Positions 16,298 through 26,189 of a DNA stretch of 30,155 nt are shown here, piece by piece (the first letter of the stretch is position 1; every line of letters begins with the position of its first letter). The position numbers and the translations under genes are program-made. The notes beneath the pieces were generated by a model that was not told the origin of the DNA, did not search any database, and saw only the letters and a list, made by a program, of their open reading frames with translations. Source of the stretch: a virus (taxonomy: Duplodnaviria; Caudoviricetes); IMG/VR virus record IMGVR_UViG_3300033562_000743, positions 1 to 30,155 of that record; one strand, given 5' to 3'.

Positions 16298-17974
16298 TTA
16301 TTTATACATTTCCTTTAGTTTCTTTTTAGTAACTTCCTTTGTTGCTGGTGCCACTGTTGATAAAGTCCGTACACCACTACCAACTCTATCTATAAGTTCT
16401 GGGGATGTAATTACTTGCTTCCCAGCTTCCAATCCTGTTTCAAGTGGGCGCATAAGTCGTAAACCAGAAGTCGCTGATGGTCTAGCACCATACTGTTCTA
16501 AGGCAATTATGTCATTTAATTGCTTTGAATATCTTAGAGGACTAGTAGCAAAATCTCTAACTACTGTAGGGGCATCTTCTCCCATAGCCATTTTCACACC
16601 CGCCAAACGCAAATCATTTAATGCATTTGGATTCGTGAAGAACTCAGCTTCTTGTACAATCTGTGGTACATCTTTGTATTTCACAAGCAGTTGTTTGACA
16701 GCATTATCCATTGCTTCGGATTCCATTCCATATTTAGATTCAACTTTATTTAAGTCTTTTAAGTCTGATGCGAATGAATGCACTCTTGATTTAAGTGCAG
16801 AATATGTATTGTAATCTATGTAACCTTTAGCAACATCCTGTGCTAATTTATCATATATATTTTTAACAATATCAAATTTATCTTTAGTATTGCTAAAGAT
16901 ATTAGTAGGGGTTTCAAATAAACCAACTAGATTTTCAGCTTTTGTAGTTGCTATATCACCAACTGACTTACCTTGCTTGATAATGTTATCATAAATCGTA
17001 TTTATCACATCTTCTGATGCATCAACACCTTTCGATCTTAATATTGTTGCAATACTTTTTTTAGCTGCTGTTTTGGAAAGTCCACTAATTGCCGAACCTA
17101 TTGCTGGAATCATTGATAGACCTATATCCAATGCAGCGTCCTTACCGCCATAGTTGTCGCCTAAAGCCATTCCAGATGCTACGCCAGTCAAAGCCCCCGT
17201 ACCAATTTGAACAGGTAGAGTGGCAGCACCAGTGGCAGCACCAGCAAGTATATTTGGAAGTAACATTGGTGAAGTAACAATACTTTCAGTTGTTTTATCA
17301 GCCATTGCACTTTCTTCTGATGTTCTACCTAGATCGGCATCTTTACCAGTCATTAAATCATAAAGTGTTGAAAGTGCACGAGTAGGTGCACTTGATACAT
17401 CTTTAGCTAGTGCCCTTGGTGATAATTCTTTACCCTGTAGTGATTCAGTCGTTTGATATGGGGCAAGTTGTGCCATATACCCACCAGAACCTTTGTTTAT
17501 TATATCAGCCATACGGAGACGAGCTTTGGACGATGGTGGTGCAACTATGCCAGATGCGATTGCTTGACCATATGCATCTTGATATGATGTACCAGAGAAC
17601 GCATGCTTCTTACCATCAATACCCATGAATTCATATGTTTTAAAACTAGATGGTGAACCAACAGGAACTGCTCCACCTTTAGCTGAAATAACAAAAGGAA
17701 CTTCTGATTGAGGTCTAGCTCCTTTATCGGTCACTGTAAAAGGAACCTGTTGATCGTATTTTATTACTTTACTTGTATCATACGGTAATTCCTCTAATCC
17801 AGATTTCGACAATTCCTCACCAATTTTTTCTTCACGTGTTGGATTGAATGTTACCTGATCCTTATATGCTGGAAATTTTTCGATGAATGCTTTAGCCAAC
17901 TTTGCATCATCAACGTTGACATACTCTGGATATTTTTTCTTTATCTCTTGTGCAAATTTAGTAAATGTCGCCAT
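16298..17974 (-). CDS. DNA ejection / internal virion protein, 558 aa
   Basis: N-terminal IKKKYPEY..VDDAKLA motif common in podovirus ejection proteins, Gly/Ala-rich hydrophobic middle, last gene of the virion operon. Confidence 0.65.
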   Translation of the reverse strand: MATFTKFAQEIKKKYPEYVNVDDAKLAKAFIEKFPAYKDQVTFNPTREEKIGEELSKSGLEELPYDTSKVIKYDQQVPFTVTDKGARPQSEVPFVISAKGGAVPVGSPSSFKTYEFMGIDGKKHAFSGTSYQDAYGQAIASGIVAPPSSKARLRMADIINKGSGGYMAQLAPYQTTESLQGKELSPRALAKDVSSAPTRALSTLYDLMTGKDADLGRTSEESAMADKTTESIVTSPMLLPNILAGAATGAATLPVQIGTGALTGVASGMALGDNYGGKDAALDIGLSMIPAIGSAISGLSKTAAKKSIATILRSKGVDASEDVINTIYDNIIKQGKSVGDIATTKAENLVGLFETPTNIFSNTKDKFDIVKNIYDKLAQDVAKGYIDYNTYSALKSRVHSFASDLKDLNKVESKYGMESEAMDNAVKQLLVKYKDVPQIVQEAEFFTNPNALNDLRLAGVKMAMGEDAPTVVRDFATSPLRYSKQLNDIIALEQYGARPSATSGLRLMRPLETGLEAGKQVITSPELIDRVGSGVRTLSTVAPATKEVTKKKLKEMYK

Positions 17975-17983
17975 ATAATCTCC

Positions 17984-19141
17984 TTAATCTAAGTTTAATC
18001 TTAGTGGGTTTTTTGTAGTCGGTGTTTTAGTTTCTGTACGTAATCCATCAGTTAGATTCATTCTATTTGGAAATGGTTTAATAGGGCGTAACAACGTGCC
18101 ACTAGGGTCAGCTTCTTTAACCACAGTTCGCATTTCATTCGTATAAGTTTCAGCAAAACTACGAAGTTTTTGCCACTCAGCATCTGTAATAGGCATATTG
18201 GCATTGGTTAGTGCATTTGTGACTCTATCAACGAAATTCATACCTAGACTACGACCAAGTGCTCTACCGAAGTCAGTTTCGCTCAATGCTTCATTAGAAC
18301 CCATACGAGCAATCTTTTTAACCAAGTTGTTACGAGCAGGTATATCGCCTTTGTCACCAGCATTCACGAATGTAATAGCTGAATTAACTAAGTCAATACC
18401 TTCATCACGTAATTTTGGATATTTTGCATCCAGATTCTTATATGCATTATCAATTTGTGTTTGTGTCAGGTTGATTTGTTTTGCTCTCTTCTCAAGTACG
18501 TCTGATTCTACACCAGTTTTAGCTTTATATGCGTTGGCAAGATCATTATCAATAGCATTAATTCTATCATCGATAGTTTTAGAGTTAGCAAGTACAGTAA
18601 ATCCTTTAGATTTTGCAGCATTTTTAATATCTGATATCAATTGTGATTTATTTTGTATAGTACCATCAGCATTTTTACCATAGGATGATAGTGATATAGT
18701 TTTTATGTAATCATTTAACCAACTATCAGGGGCACCATCAGTTGGAGTAGCTGTAGTTTTACCTGCACCAAATTTATCTAGATACTCCGCATTTATTGCG
18801 GTAAGTTGAGTATTTAATAATTCCTTTTGTGCTGGGTCAGTAGTTGTAGATATCGCATAAGTTAATGCTTTCATTTCATTCAATAACTTTGTTTTACTAT
18901 CTCCAACACCTTTCATCATCATTTCCTGACGATCAATATCTGTCTTAGCACGTTTATCCATCAGGTTAAATGCGCCAGTTGGATCGTAGGGCATAAGTGC
19001 CTCAGCAGCAGCTTGGAAGCCACCACTTTGTTGACGCAACTGTTCACCACTAGCAATACGCTGACGTTCTACTTTCAATTCTTCTAAATACATTTTCTTG
19101 TCAGCAAGTGACATATTCTTTACATCTTTAAATTCCATCAT
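17984..19141 (-). CDS. DNA ejection / internal virion protein, 385 aa
   Basis: Helical, charged sequence in a position equivalent to the P22 ejection cluster. Confidence 0.6.
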   Translation of the reverse strand: MMEFKDVKNMSLADKKMYLEELKVERQRIASGEQLRQQSGGFQAAAEALMPYDPTGAFNLMDKRAKTDIDRQEMMMKGVGDSKTKLLNEMKALTYAISTTTDPAQKELLNTQLTAINAEYLDKFGAGKTTATPTDGAPDSWLNDYIKTISLSSYGKNADGTIQNKSQLISDIKNAAKSKGFTVLANSKTIDDRINAIDNDLANAYKAKTGVESDVLEKRAKQINLTQTQIDNAYKNLDAKYPKLRDEGIDLVNSAITFVNAGDKGDIPARNNLVKKIARMGSNEALSETDFGRALGRSLGMNFVDRVTNALTNANMPITDAEWQKLRSFAETYTNEMRTVVKEADPSGTLLRPIKPFPNRMNLTDGLRTETKTPTTKNPLRLNLD

Positions 19142-20007
19142 ATACCTCTATACATGTTAGCTAAACGTCTTTGTTCAGGTTTGTAGTTGTTGTATCTGCT
19201 CATTGGTAAATAATCTTCCATACCAGTACCAGTACCTACTGGATTGTTAAATGGTGTATCTTCACCAACAACACCTTCTTTACTTAAAGATATATCAAGT
19301 GAGGGTATTTTACGTTCATTTGAATAATATTTACTAAGTGTAGAAGTATAACCACTCATATCAGGAGCATTTTGTACTTGTGGTTGAGTTTGATCCTGTG
19401 GTACTGTACCAAATTTACTCCAGTCACTTTGTTTTTCAATTATTAACTCAGGTGTTGATTCTAACTGTCTACCAGTCTTAATGTTTGGATTTAATCCACC
19501 AGAAGCCTGATTCATTCCCATAACTTGCTCAGTTTGTACTTGTTGATCTTCAGCAATTTTCTGTTGTTCAACTGATGATTGAGTAGCAATAGATTCTTCA
19601 CTTGTTATCGATGCAGTTAAATCAGCAATGGCTCTGTCAATAGCATCCAGTTCAGGATTACCAGTAGTACCTTGTTTCTTGTATGCGTCAGCAACTTCTC
19701 TATTGATTCTACGCTGACGTTCTTCAGCATATACTTTAGAAGCATCCTGTGCAGCCTGTGGATCAAGTGCTTTCAATGCATCATAGTACACTTGGAATTT
19801 TTTATCGGGATCTGTGATGCCCTTAAAACGACCACTACCTTCACGGTATTGCTGTTGTAAAGTACCAATGTTACTCTTCTTCAACATACCAAATGCAGTA
19901 TCCTGTGTCTTCTTGGTATTAGCTTCACTTTCCTGACGAGAAGAACGAACTTCTTGATAAATATCAGGCGAAGCAGTATCTTTATACATGTTAAATATTG
20001 ATGCCAT
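19138..20007 (-). CDS. DNA ejection / internal virion protein, 289 aa
   Basis: Gln-rich helical and disordered protein in the ejection cluster, with an ATGA overlap. Confidence 0.55.
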   Translation of the reverse strand: MASIFNMYKDTASPDIYQEVRSSRQESEANTKKTQDTAFGMLKKSNIGTLQQQYREGSGRFKGITDPDKKFQVYYDALKALDPQAAQDASKVYAEERQRRINREVADAYKKQGTTGNPELDAIDRAIADLTASITSEESIATQSSVEQQKIAEDQQVQTEQVMGMNQASGGLNPNIKTGRQLESTPELIIEKQSDWSKFGTVPQDQTQPQVQNAPDMSGYTSTLSKYYSNERKIPSLDISLSKEGVVGEDTPFNNPVGTGTGMEDYLPMSRYNNYKPEQRRLANMYRGI

Positions 20008-20009
20008 AA

Positions 20010-20891
20010 TTAGTTACCTCCGAAATTCCAGAAGCTCTTGTTGAATAATCCAGCGTCATTAGCCTGACCAACACCACCGATGATAGAGTCCCATGTAGAG
20101 GGGCCACCACTATTACCCAAGTCTCCAGTCAAGTTAGTTTGTGCAATACCTGTATTTAGATCAAATTGTGTTTTATTCAAATCACTCTGACCACCAGCGA
20201 CAGTATCCATGATGTCACGACGAACACCATATGCAGTACCCATATTATCAATATCCGTCTGTGCTAAGTTAACATTGTAATTACCAGCATTAATGCCACG
20301 AGTAAAGTTTTCACCAGTTATATCATTGACATCCATACCAGCTTGACGAGCACGATCATACGCATCTTGATAACCTTGTTCAGCTATCTTTGCAGTGTCA
20401 GATGCTATTTCACGAGCAGCAGCACCACCGTATAGACCACCTTGACCTGCTGCACTCTCTTCAATGTTCTTACGAGCACTTTCTTGCTGATATGCAATAG
20501 ATGGATCGAGATAACTCTGCCATGAAGCTAATGGATCTTTATAAGTTGATTGATAATCACCAGCATTTATTTTATATTGTTCTGGGTTTGCACTTTCCAA
20601 GGCACCTGTATACCCTTCAAGTGACTGTTTTACTGAATTAGGGTCTTGTAATCCTTGATATCCAGCGATTATCTGTCCCTGTGAGTCCGTATATGTTTTA
20701 CCAGCAGCACGCATTTGGGCTTCATATGCTGCCTGTGCTTTTCTACGTTCCTCTTCTGGATCACTACCAAAAGCTGATGCAACTAAACCACCTGCTCCAC
20801 CTATCAATGCACCCCAAGGGCCACCAACTGATGCACCAGTTGCAGCACCACTTGATACGTTACTTATTGTTTGTCCTGTACTTGCAGCCAT
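20010..20891 (-). CDS. DNA ejection protein, P22 gp7-like
   Basis: GAATGASVGGPWGALIGGAGGLV N-terminus, YLDPSIAYQQ...SAAGQGGLYGGAA motif, Ala/Gly/Gln-rich. Confidence 0.75.
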   Translation of the reverse strand: MAASTGQTISNVSSGAATGASVGGPWGALIGGAGGLVASAFGSDPEEERRKAQAAYEAQMRAAGKTYTDSQGQIIAGYQGLQDPNSVKQSLEGYTGALESANPEQYKINAGDYQSTYKDPLASWQSYLDPSIAYQQESARKNIEESAAGQGGLYGGAAAREIASDTAKIAEQGYQDAYDRARQAGMDVNDITGENFTRGINAGNYNVNLAQTDIDNMGTAYGVRRDIMDTVAGGQSDLNKTQFDLNTGIAQTNLTGDLGNSGGPSTWDSIIGGVGQANDAGLFNKSFWNFGGN

Positions 20892-20893
20892 AA

Positions 20894-21211
20894 TTATATA
20901 TTCCTCGTTATTAAAATTACCATTTTTGCTTCTTTACTGAGCGATAAATTATCAGTAAATGATTTATTTTCACTTGTGTCATCACTATACGCAATTATTG
21001 CCATAGTAGTAAGCCACATCTCGTCACCGTTTGGTAAATTATATGGGTAACCAGCAACTGTTGTTACATTATATCTGAACCCAATAATTATGTTACCCAA
21101 CATTATATCATCGCCATTGGTAAGTTCTTCAGTTCCCCATGTACCAGCAAGTGCTGTAATCATGTCCTTTATCTTACCTTCATCCATTCCATTGTCAAAT
21201 ATTCTTATCAT
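20894..21211 (-). CDS. Hypothetical virion-associated protein, 105 aa
   Basis: ATGA overlap with the gp10-like gene; lies in the tail operon. Confidence 0.7.
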   Translation of the reverse strand: MIRIFDNGMDEGKIKDMITALAGTWGTEELTNGDDIMLGNIIIGFRYNVTTVAGYPYNLPNGDEMWLTTMAIIAYSDDTSENKSFTDNLSLSKEAKMVILITRNI

Positions 21212-22734
21212 CGTGCAAGTTCCTCAACACCTAAACGTACTTGATACATTTTTATTGGTACTTGATCACTTGACCCAATTCGCATAACCAGATTCCTACC
21301 AAGACCACCACCATTCAACACTATTTGCTTACGATAATCACCCTTGACACCAATCTCTTTATCTACACGTTCCAACCAAGTCCTACCACCGTTCCAACTT
21401 AACTGAATAAAAATCTTACTTGGATCAGTATATGATAAGGATGTACCTGCTTCAATATCTATAATTATCTTCTTAACCTTAAAGTTTTTTAGGTTATCTA
21501 TATACACAGGCGATTGCCACAATCTAGTAATTGGTCTATTTAAGTAGTCACGAGCAATAGTTCTGTCAAATTTACATAATACATTCTGGGTTCTACTACC
21601 AAAATATATTTCATTATTGTATCCATAGATAACATTGGCAACATCCCAGTAAGTTATATCACCAGTATCACCTGTTCCACATTGAAACCATTTACCTGTT
21701 GTGATATTGTAACCAAGTGTCATTTGATCATTTTCGGAAGTTAGGAAGTAGAATAAGTTACCTTTATCACTGAATGCAAATCCACGAGTATAATTCTGAT
21801 ACCTCCAACCACGGATAATTTCTTCAACACCATCATCAGATATACGTTGAGTATTACCACCCTTAGATGCCATATAAACACCGTTGGTGCCTGTATCACC
21901 CGAACCCATCCACAACATCACATCATCAAGAATAGCAAGGGATTCAGCCGAGGCTAGGCCGATGCGTCCAGTCGCTGACTTAGGTGATGAATATGGATTA
22001 AGTCTATTATTTGTACGGGAGAAAATATCATAGGAGAAAGTACCGAATGACCACACATTACCACCGAATTCAGTTACTCGTTGGGTTTTGTCATTACGTG
22101 ATTCACCAAAATAAACATTAGTTTCTTTAAATTCATCAGTGCCAGTTTCTGTATAGAACCATGCATTACTATCTTTGGCAGTCATTATCAATCGATAATC
22201 AATCCATGAAATATATGCAGGTGTAGCGTAAGCTGTTGTACTATCAGGTCTATGTGGCAAATTACCAAGTTCCATCCATGTGGAAGCAATAGAAGCATCA
22301 TCAGCTTTAGCACTGAACTTATAAATTGTTTGCTGGTCACACACGTAAATATATGTATCAACATCAGTTTGTGCTTGGTTTTCAGCAAATGTGCAAATAC
22401 CAGCAACGTTGCTTGAGTTGAATGTACCAACTGGAACCAATGTATTACGAACCGTATAACGAAACACAGTGTTACCAAATACAGCATAAACTGTACCTGT
22501 GTAACCATCTTCTGGTGAACCAGTTGTTGATCTAAATGATCCACGACAACCTGTACCTGTAACACCATCAATTGTAGCAATAACAGAACTTCCAGCAATT
22601 GGAGTAAGTGTGAATGAACTTCTGCCTGTTTTATCAGCAACTGGGTACATATTTTGTAACACTACATTAGCTGAGTAGTTTGATAATCCCTTATATTGAC
22701 TCTGATCGAACTGAATCATATGTGATTTAGCCAT
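21208..22734 (-). CDS. Tail hub / packaged DNA stabilisation protein, P22 gp10-like (start probably 22734)
   Basis: Beta-propeller-type sequence with LQNMYP, CRG, FGESRNDK, WSFGTFSYDIF, QRISDDGVE and QLSWNGGRTW...GVKGDY motifs of the phage stabilisation family. Confidence 0.85.
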   Translation of the reverse strand: MAKSHMIQFDQSQYKGLSNYSANVVLQNMYPVADKTGRSSFTLTPIAGSSVIATIDGVTGTGCRGSFRSTTGSPEDGYTGTVYAVFGNTVFRYTVRNTLVPVGTFNSSNVAGICTFAENQAQTDVDTYIYVCDQQTIYKFSAKADDASIASTWMELGNLPHRPDSTTAYATPAYISWIDYRLIMTAKDSNAWFYTETGTDEFKETNVYFGESRNDKTQRVTEFGGNVWSFGTFSYDIFSRTNNRLNPYSSPKSATGRIGLASAESLAILDDVMLWMGSGDTGTNGVYMASKGGNTQRISDDGVEEIIRGWRYQNYTRGFAFSDKGNLFYFLTSENDQMTLGYNITTGKWFQCGTGDTGDITYWDVANVIYGYNNEIYFGSRTQNVLCKFDRTIARDYLNRPITRLWQSPVYIDNLKNFKVKKIIIDIEAGTSLSYTDPSKIFIQLSWNGGRTWLERVDKEIGVKGDYRKQIVLNGGGLGRNLVMRIGSSDQVPIKMYQVRLGVEELAR

Positions 22735-23086
22735 TATTTCCCTCATCTAATTCAAATTCAATTGGTTCTTCAGTCCCATTATCCATATTAGTTTGCTGTT
22801 CACTATATTTATTTCTAGCTAAAGTCTTCAGTACGAATAATGTAGCAGTTCTATCACCATCAACAACAAATTCGTATAAATTCTGTTCAGCTTGCCCTAC
22901 TATATCACTAACCGCATCTTCCCATGCTTCTTTACATTCAGGGTACTTATTGATATAATTGCGAACAGTTCCTTGACTCATCTTTAATTTATTAGCAGCA
23001 GTACGAGTATGACCGAAACACTCCGTAATCACCTGTGCAACATATGTAGGTGTATGACTTACTGGAGGTTTCTTCATTTTACTCAT
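22727..23086 (-). CDS. HTH protein, terminase small subunit-like
   Basis: HTH RTAANKLKMSQGTVRNYINKYPE followed by AEQNLYEFVVDGDRTATLFVLKT, the helical pattern of many TerS proteins, and a PIEF tail. Confidence 0.65.
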   Translation of the reverse strand: MSKMKKPPVSHTPTYVAQVITECFGHTRTAANKLKMSQGTVRNYINKYPECKEAWEDAVSDIVGQAEQNLYEFVVDGDRTATLFVLKTLARNKYSEQQTNMDNGTEEPIEFELDEGNNG

Positions 23087-23772
23087 TAGTTAAATCTATC
23101 CATATTTGTATTTATGTATATGGGACGGTGATACGTGTTATTTTTTGTTATCAATCTACGAGCAGTATCTAAATTAGTTTTCACAATTGGCAAAGTTTCA
23201 ATCATAGCCAACACACTTGCAATATTATATGCAATGGTACAAATCAAGAATTCATGGAATCGTTCAGGTACTTGTATATCTTCACTAGGTATAGCAGGTA
23301 CTAAAATTGGTTTGCGAATGTGAACAGTAACATCTCCATTAACTGTGTTACCAAACAATACAGAGTCTTGATCCCAATCTGGATTCCAAGCACAGGTGTA
23401 TTTATCACGATATAGTGGTAAATCCATCGCCTCTACTATGTTCAATTTACTATCGTTTATATACATACTTGGGCAAATAATTGGGCGTATAGTAACAATT
23501 CTGTTAGTTATATCTACAGTACCGCCACCATCAATAATCGCCTGTTCATCATCTGTATATGGTTTAAATACTAATTCAGTACCAGTTACAAATTTAGTAA
23601 CTTGTGTGTATGCAAAAGTAATATCACTTTGCTGATTTAAATTACGAATGGCATCCTGTGTCATTAGGAATACTTTACGAAAGTCATCGCCGTCCATACT
23701 ATCGCTGTTAAAGTCTTTTAGACCAACCATTTCAGCAGCACGATGAATTATATATGATACAGGAGTTGCCAT
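23086..23772 (-). CDS. Head-tail adaptor, P22 gp4-like (start probably 23772)
   Basis: IIHRAAEMVGL N-terminus and IQVPERFHEFLICTIAYNIA C-terminal motif. GAGG RBS before the ATG at 23772. Confidence 0.75.
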   Translation of the reverse strand: MATPVSYIIHRAAEMVGLKDFNSDSMDGDDFRKVFLMTQDAIRNLNQQSDITFAYTQVTKFVTGTELVFKPYTDDEQAIIDGGGTVDITNRIVTIRPIICPSMYINDSKLNIVEAMDLPLYRDKYTCAWNPDWDQDSVLFGNTVNGDVTVHIRKPILVPAIPSEDIQVPERFHEFLICTIAYNIASVLAMIETLPIVKTNLDTARRLITKNNTYHRPIYINTNMDRFN

Positions 23773-23773
23773 A

Positions 23774-23902
23774 TTATTCCTCAATCCAGTACAAAATCAT
23801 TCCATTAGCATCAGTTACTGGCTTTAATGTTTTTTCAACTATAGTTTCGATTATAATGTCCCCATCTTTCTGGGTGTCAACTATTTCTTTCTTTTTCGCC
23901 AT
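23774..23902 (-). CDS. Small hypothetical protein, 42 aa (not in ORF track)
   Basis: MAKKKEIVDTQKDGDIIIETIVEKTLKPVTDANGMILYWIEE, with an AAGG RBS; first ORF after late motif copy 2. Confidence 0.65.
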   Translation of the reverse strand: MAKKKEIVDTQKDGDIIIETIVEKTLKPVTDANGMILYWIEE

Positions 23903-23940
23903 AAATTAACCTTAAAATAATTTTTGGGCATGATGGCCCT

Positions 23941-23956
23941 TATTAAATCATAATGT
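23941..23956 (-). promoter_or_regulatory. Putative late promoter, copy 2 (ACATTATGATTTAATA)
   Basis: Identical 16-mer directly after the coat terminator, upstream of the adaptor/tail operon. Confidence 0.75.
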
Positions 23957-23965
23957 TGGTCTACG

Positions 23966-23995
23966 AAAAAAGGGACAGTCCGAAGACCATCCCTT
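23966..23995 (-). terminator. Intrinsic terminator after the coat gene
   Basis: Minus strand AAGGGATGGTC-TTCG-GACTGTCCCTT-TTTT, with a UUCG tetraloop. Confidence 0.92.
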
Positions 23996-24015
23996 AGTTT
24001 CTAAATTATGTTAGA

Positions 24016-25215
24016 TTAGGCTACTTTGTACATAGTAACGCCTAAGCCTTTACCAAGAACGGTTTTCACACCGAATAGACCATCGAATCTGTAACGTTGT
24101 CCACCGTTGTCTCCATTAGAGAAGCGACCTAGACGAATCGAAACAGAACCAGCCATCATTGATTCAGATGCGCTACCCTGATCTTCATACTTGGTTAGTG
24201 GCTTTGCAGCATACACCATAGCTTTAGGATCGATAACGATCGCATATGCATAAGTACCAGCAGTCTGTGGAACCCAGTTAATTACCGCACCAGAAGCGAT
24301 AGTAGTAGTTGACACGTTCTGACGTGGATCACTCTTACCAGAAGCAGCCTTGAAGTAGATTGGAGAAACTTTAACAGTAGCAGCAGATCCAACAGCAGTT
24401 ACATCTTCAGTAACGATAAACGCACGAGCATTACCAGTGTCTTCACCTAGTAAGTTAACCGAGTTAACACCAGTGATTCCAAAGATAGTTCCTTTCTTCA
24501 CAACGCCAGTAGCAGCAACTAGTCCACCAAGAGCGATTTGAGTTGCACCATCAACAGTCACAGCAGCAGTTACAGTGGAAGTTCCAGCAACAGGTAGGTT
24601 TGATATAACCAGATTAGGCATGTCGCTTGTAGCGAAGTAGCTAACCATATCATATTCACCAATTTCACCTTTGTATAACTTTTCACCAAGTGACTGACCG
24701 AACAAATTGATACCGTTGTTACGGATTGTGTTCAAGAAAGAACTGGAACCGAAAGCGAACATATCCATACCGAACTTGGTATCACGGATTAATCCATGAA
24801 GAGTTCCCAACTGTGCAAAAGTACCAGTAGATACAGTAGCATGTTCAGCGGTGTTCAATACTTCAGCAATAACTTTCTTATTGATGAATGATGCGATAGA
24901 TACACCAGTTGGCTTACCAATCTGTCTGTCGAAAGATTCGATATCTACTGCCTTTTCCATAGCAGTTAGAGCCAATTTAGTATTCCACATCGCTAACGTT
25001 ACATCAACGTCTTTGATATTGAGTTCATCATCAGTAGATGTAGCACCATCAGTGATGATAGGATAAGATACAACTTCTACACGAACAGTTGCGCCATCAC
25101 CAGCAGCAAATTCGTTAGAAATTTCGTTCTGGAGCTTGTCCAAAACAGGGGTTTCAGCGGTAGCAAAAGCACCGATGTTGATAAGTTTGTCGTTTGTAGC
25201 AATAGAATTTGCCAT
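24016..25215 (-). CDS. Major capsid protein, P22 coat (gp5)-like
   Basis: MANSIAT start, GDGATVRV, GVVKKGTIFGITGVNSVN insertion domain, VKVSPIY and RYRFDGLFGVKTV C-terminus. It lies after the scaffold and before a strong terminator. Confidence 0.9.
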   Translation of the reverse strand: MANSIATNDKLINIGAFATAETPVLDKLQNEISNEFAAGDGATVRVEVVSYPIITDGATSTDDELNIKDVDVTLAMWNTKLALTAMEKAVDIESFDRQIGKPTGVSIASFINKKVIAEVLNTAEHATVSTGTFAQLGTLHGLIRDTKFGMDMFAFGSSSFLNTIRNNGINLFGQSLGEKLYKGEIGEYDMVSYFATSDMPNLVISNLPVAGTSTVTAAVTVDGATQIALGGLVAATGVVKKGTIFGITGVNSVNLLGEDTGNARAFIVTEDVTAVGSAATVKVSPIYFKAASGKSDPRQNVSTTTIASGAVINWVPQTAGTYAYAIVIDPKAMVYAAKPLTKYEDQGSASESMMAGSVSIRLGRFSNGDNGGQRYRFDGLFGVKTVLGKGLGVTMYKVA

Positions 25216-25253
25216 ATGATTTATTCCTTGACCCTTTGAGTCATTTTTGTTTA

Positions 25254-26189
25254 TTAATTTGGACGATAGCCAGCACGAATATTATTCAGCTTGGCCTTAA
25301 AACGAGATTGTATATCAGTAGGTTCACTTAACTTCTCACCCTTTGTTGGTGTGATACTTTGCGGAGCCTTACTTATTACACTTTCTGCATTATTTGGTTT
25401 GTTACCGCTGGGGGCTTTATTAGCCAACTGCTGTTCGAGATTTACCAATAATATATTTTTCTTAGCTGTAGGCATTTTAGCATACTCTTCATATGCACCT
25501 TTTTCAGTTTCGAATTTATGCATTATTAAATCCAACATCTTAAACCCAATGTCTGAATTTACAACGTAGTCTTCAGTAATCGGATCAATATGCTCTGCAT
25601 ATTTCTTAGCACGTTCATGAAATATCTCAGGACGTTCAACTTGCATTGCTACTTTTTCACGATATACTTGTATTTCTTCCTGTTCACGTTGCTGTGTTTC
25701 ACGAGCATATTCTCGTTTAATAGCAATTTCTTCAGCTTTATTACTCGATATATCAGCTATATATTCTGCATCATTAGAAAATTCATCTCTGGTTTTCTTC
25801 TGGCCATTATATTTAGATAATTCGCTTTCTAGTTGTTTAATCCTAACGTCTCTATCATGAATCCTAGCGTCTCTATCATGAATATTTCTTACTAAGCCGT
25901 TAATTCGACCTTGGGAATCATGCTTTGGTTTCTCTTGCTTTGGTTTGACATTTTTATTTTCGGCTTCAGTTACCTTGTCCCCAACTACATTTGTTTCCAC
26001 TTTCTTTTCCGTACTTACCTCGGTCAAAGGTTTTCCATCGTTAGAAGGTTTCTGTCCACGTAGACTTGCTAACTTATCTTTGAACTTATCCGCATTTGAG
26101 ATGACCGTCTCATTTTTAGTTGGTTCAGGATTCGATGCAAGAGGTTGACTGACCTCACCACCACTTAATTCAGGTGTATTTTCACTCAT
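25254..26189 (-). CDS. Capsid scaffolding protein (start probably 26189)
   Basis: Charged coiled-coil and disordered protein between portal and coat, with ISKAPQSITP near the C-terminus. GGAG RBS before MSENTP. Confidence 0.8.
   Translation of the reverse strand: MSENTPELSGGEVSQPLASNPEPTKNETVISNADKFKDKLASLRGQKPSNDGKPLTEVSTEKKVETNVVGDKVTEAENKNVKPKQEKPKHDSQGRINGLVRNIHDRDARIHDRDVRIKQLESELSKYNGQKKTRDEFSNDAEYIADISSNKAEEIAIKREYARETQQREQEEIQVYREKVAMQVERPEIFHERAKKYAEHIDPITEDYVVNSDIGFKMLDLIMHKFETEKGAYEEYAKMPTAKKNILLVNLEQQLANKAPSGNKPNNAESVISKAPQSITPTKGEKLSEPTDIQSRFKAKLNNIRAGYRPN
25839..25883. repeat. 21-bp tandem duplication (1 mismatch) in the scaffold gene
   Basis: AATCCTAACGTCTCTATCATG / AATCCTAGCGTCTCTATCATG, encoding IHDRDARIHDRDVRI. 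Confidence 0.9.

Noticed and set aside
17352-17363. Partial late motif (TTATGATTTAAT) inside the 558-aa gene
   Set aside because: It is only a 12-nt match, lies within coding sequence, lacks the GGG hairpin and has no gene start downstream.
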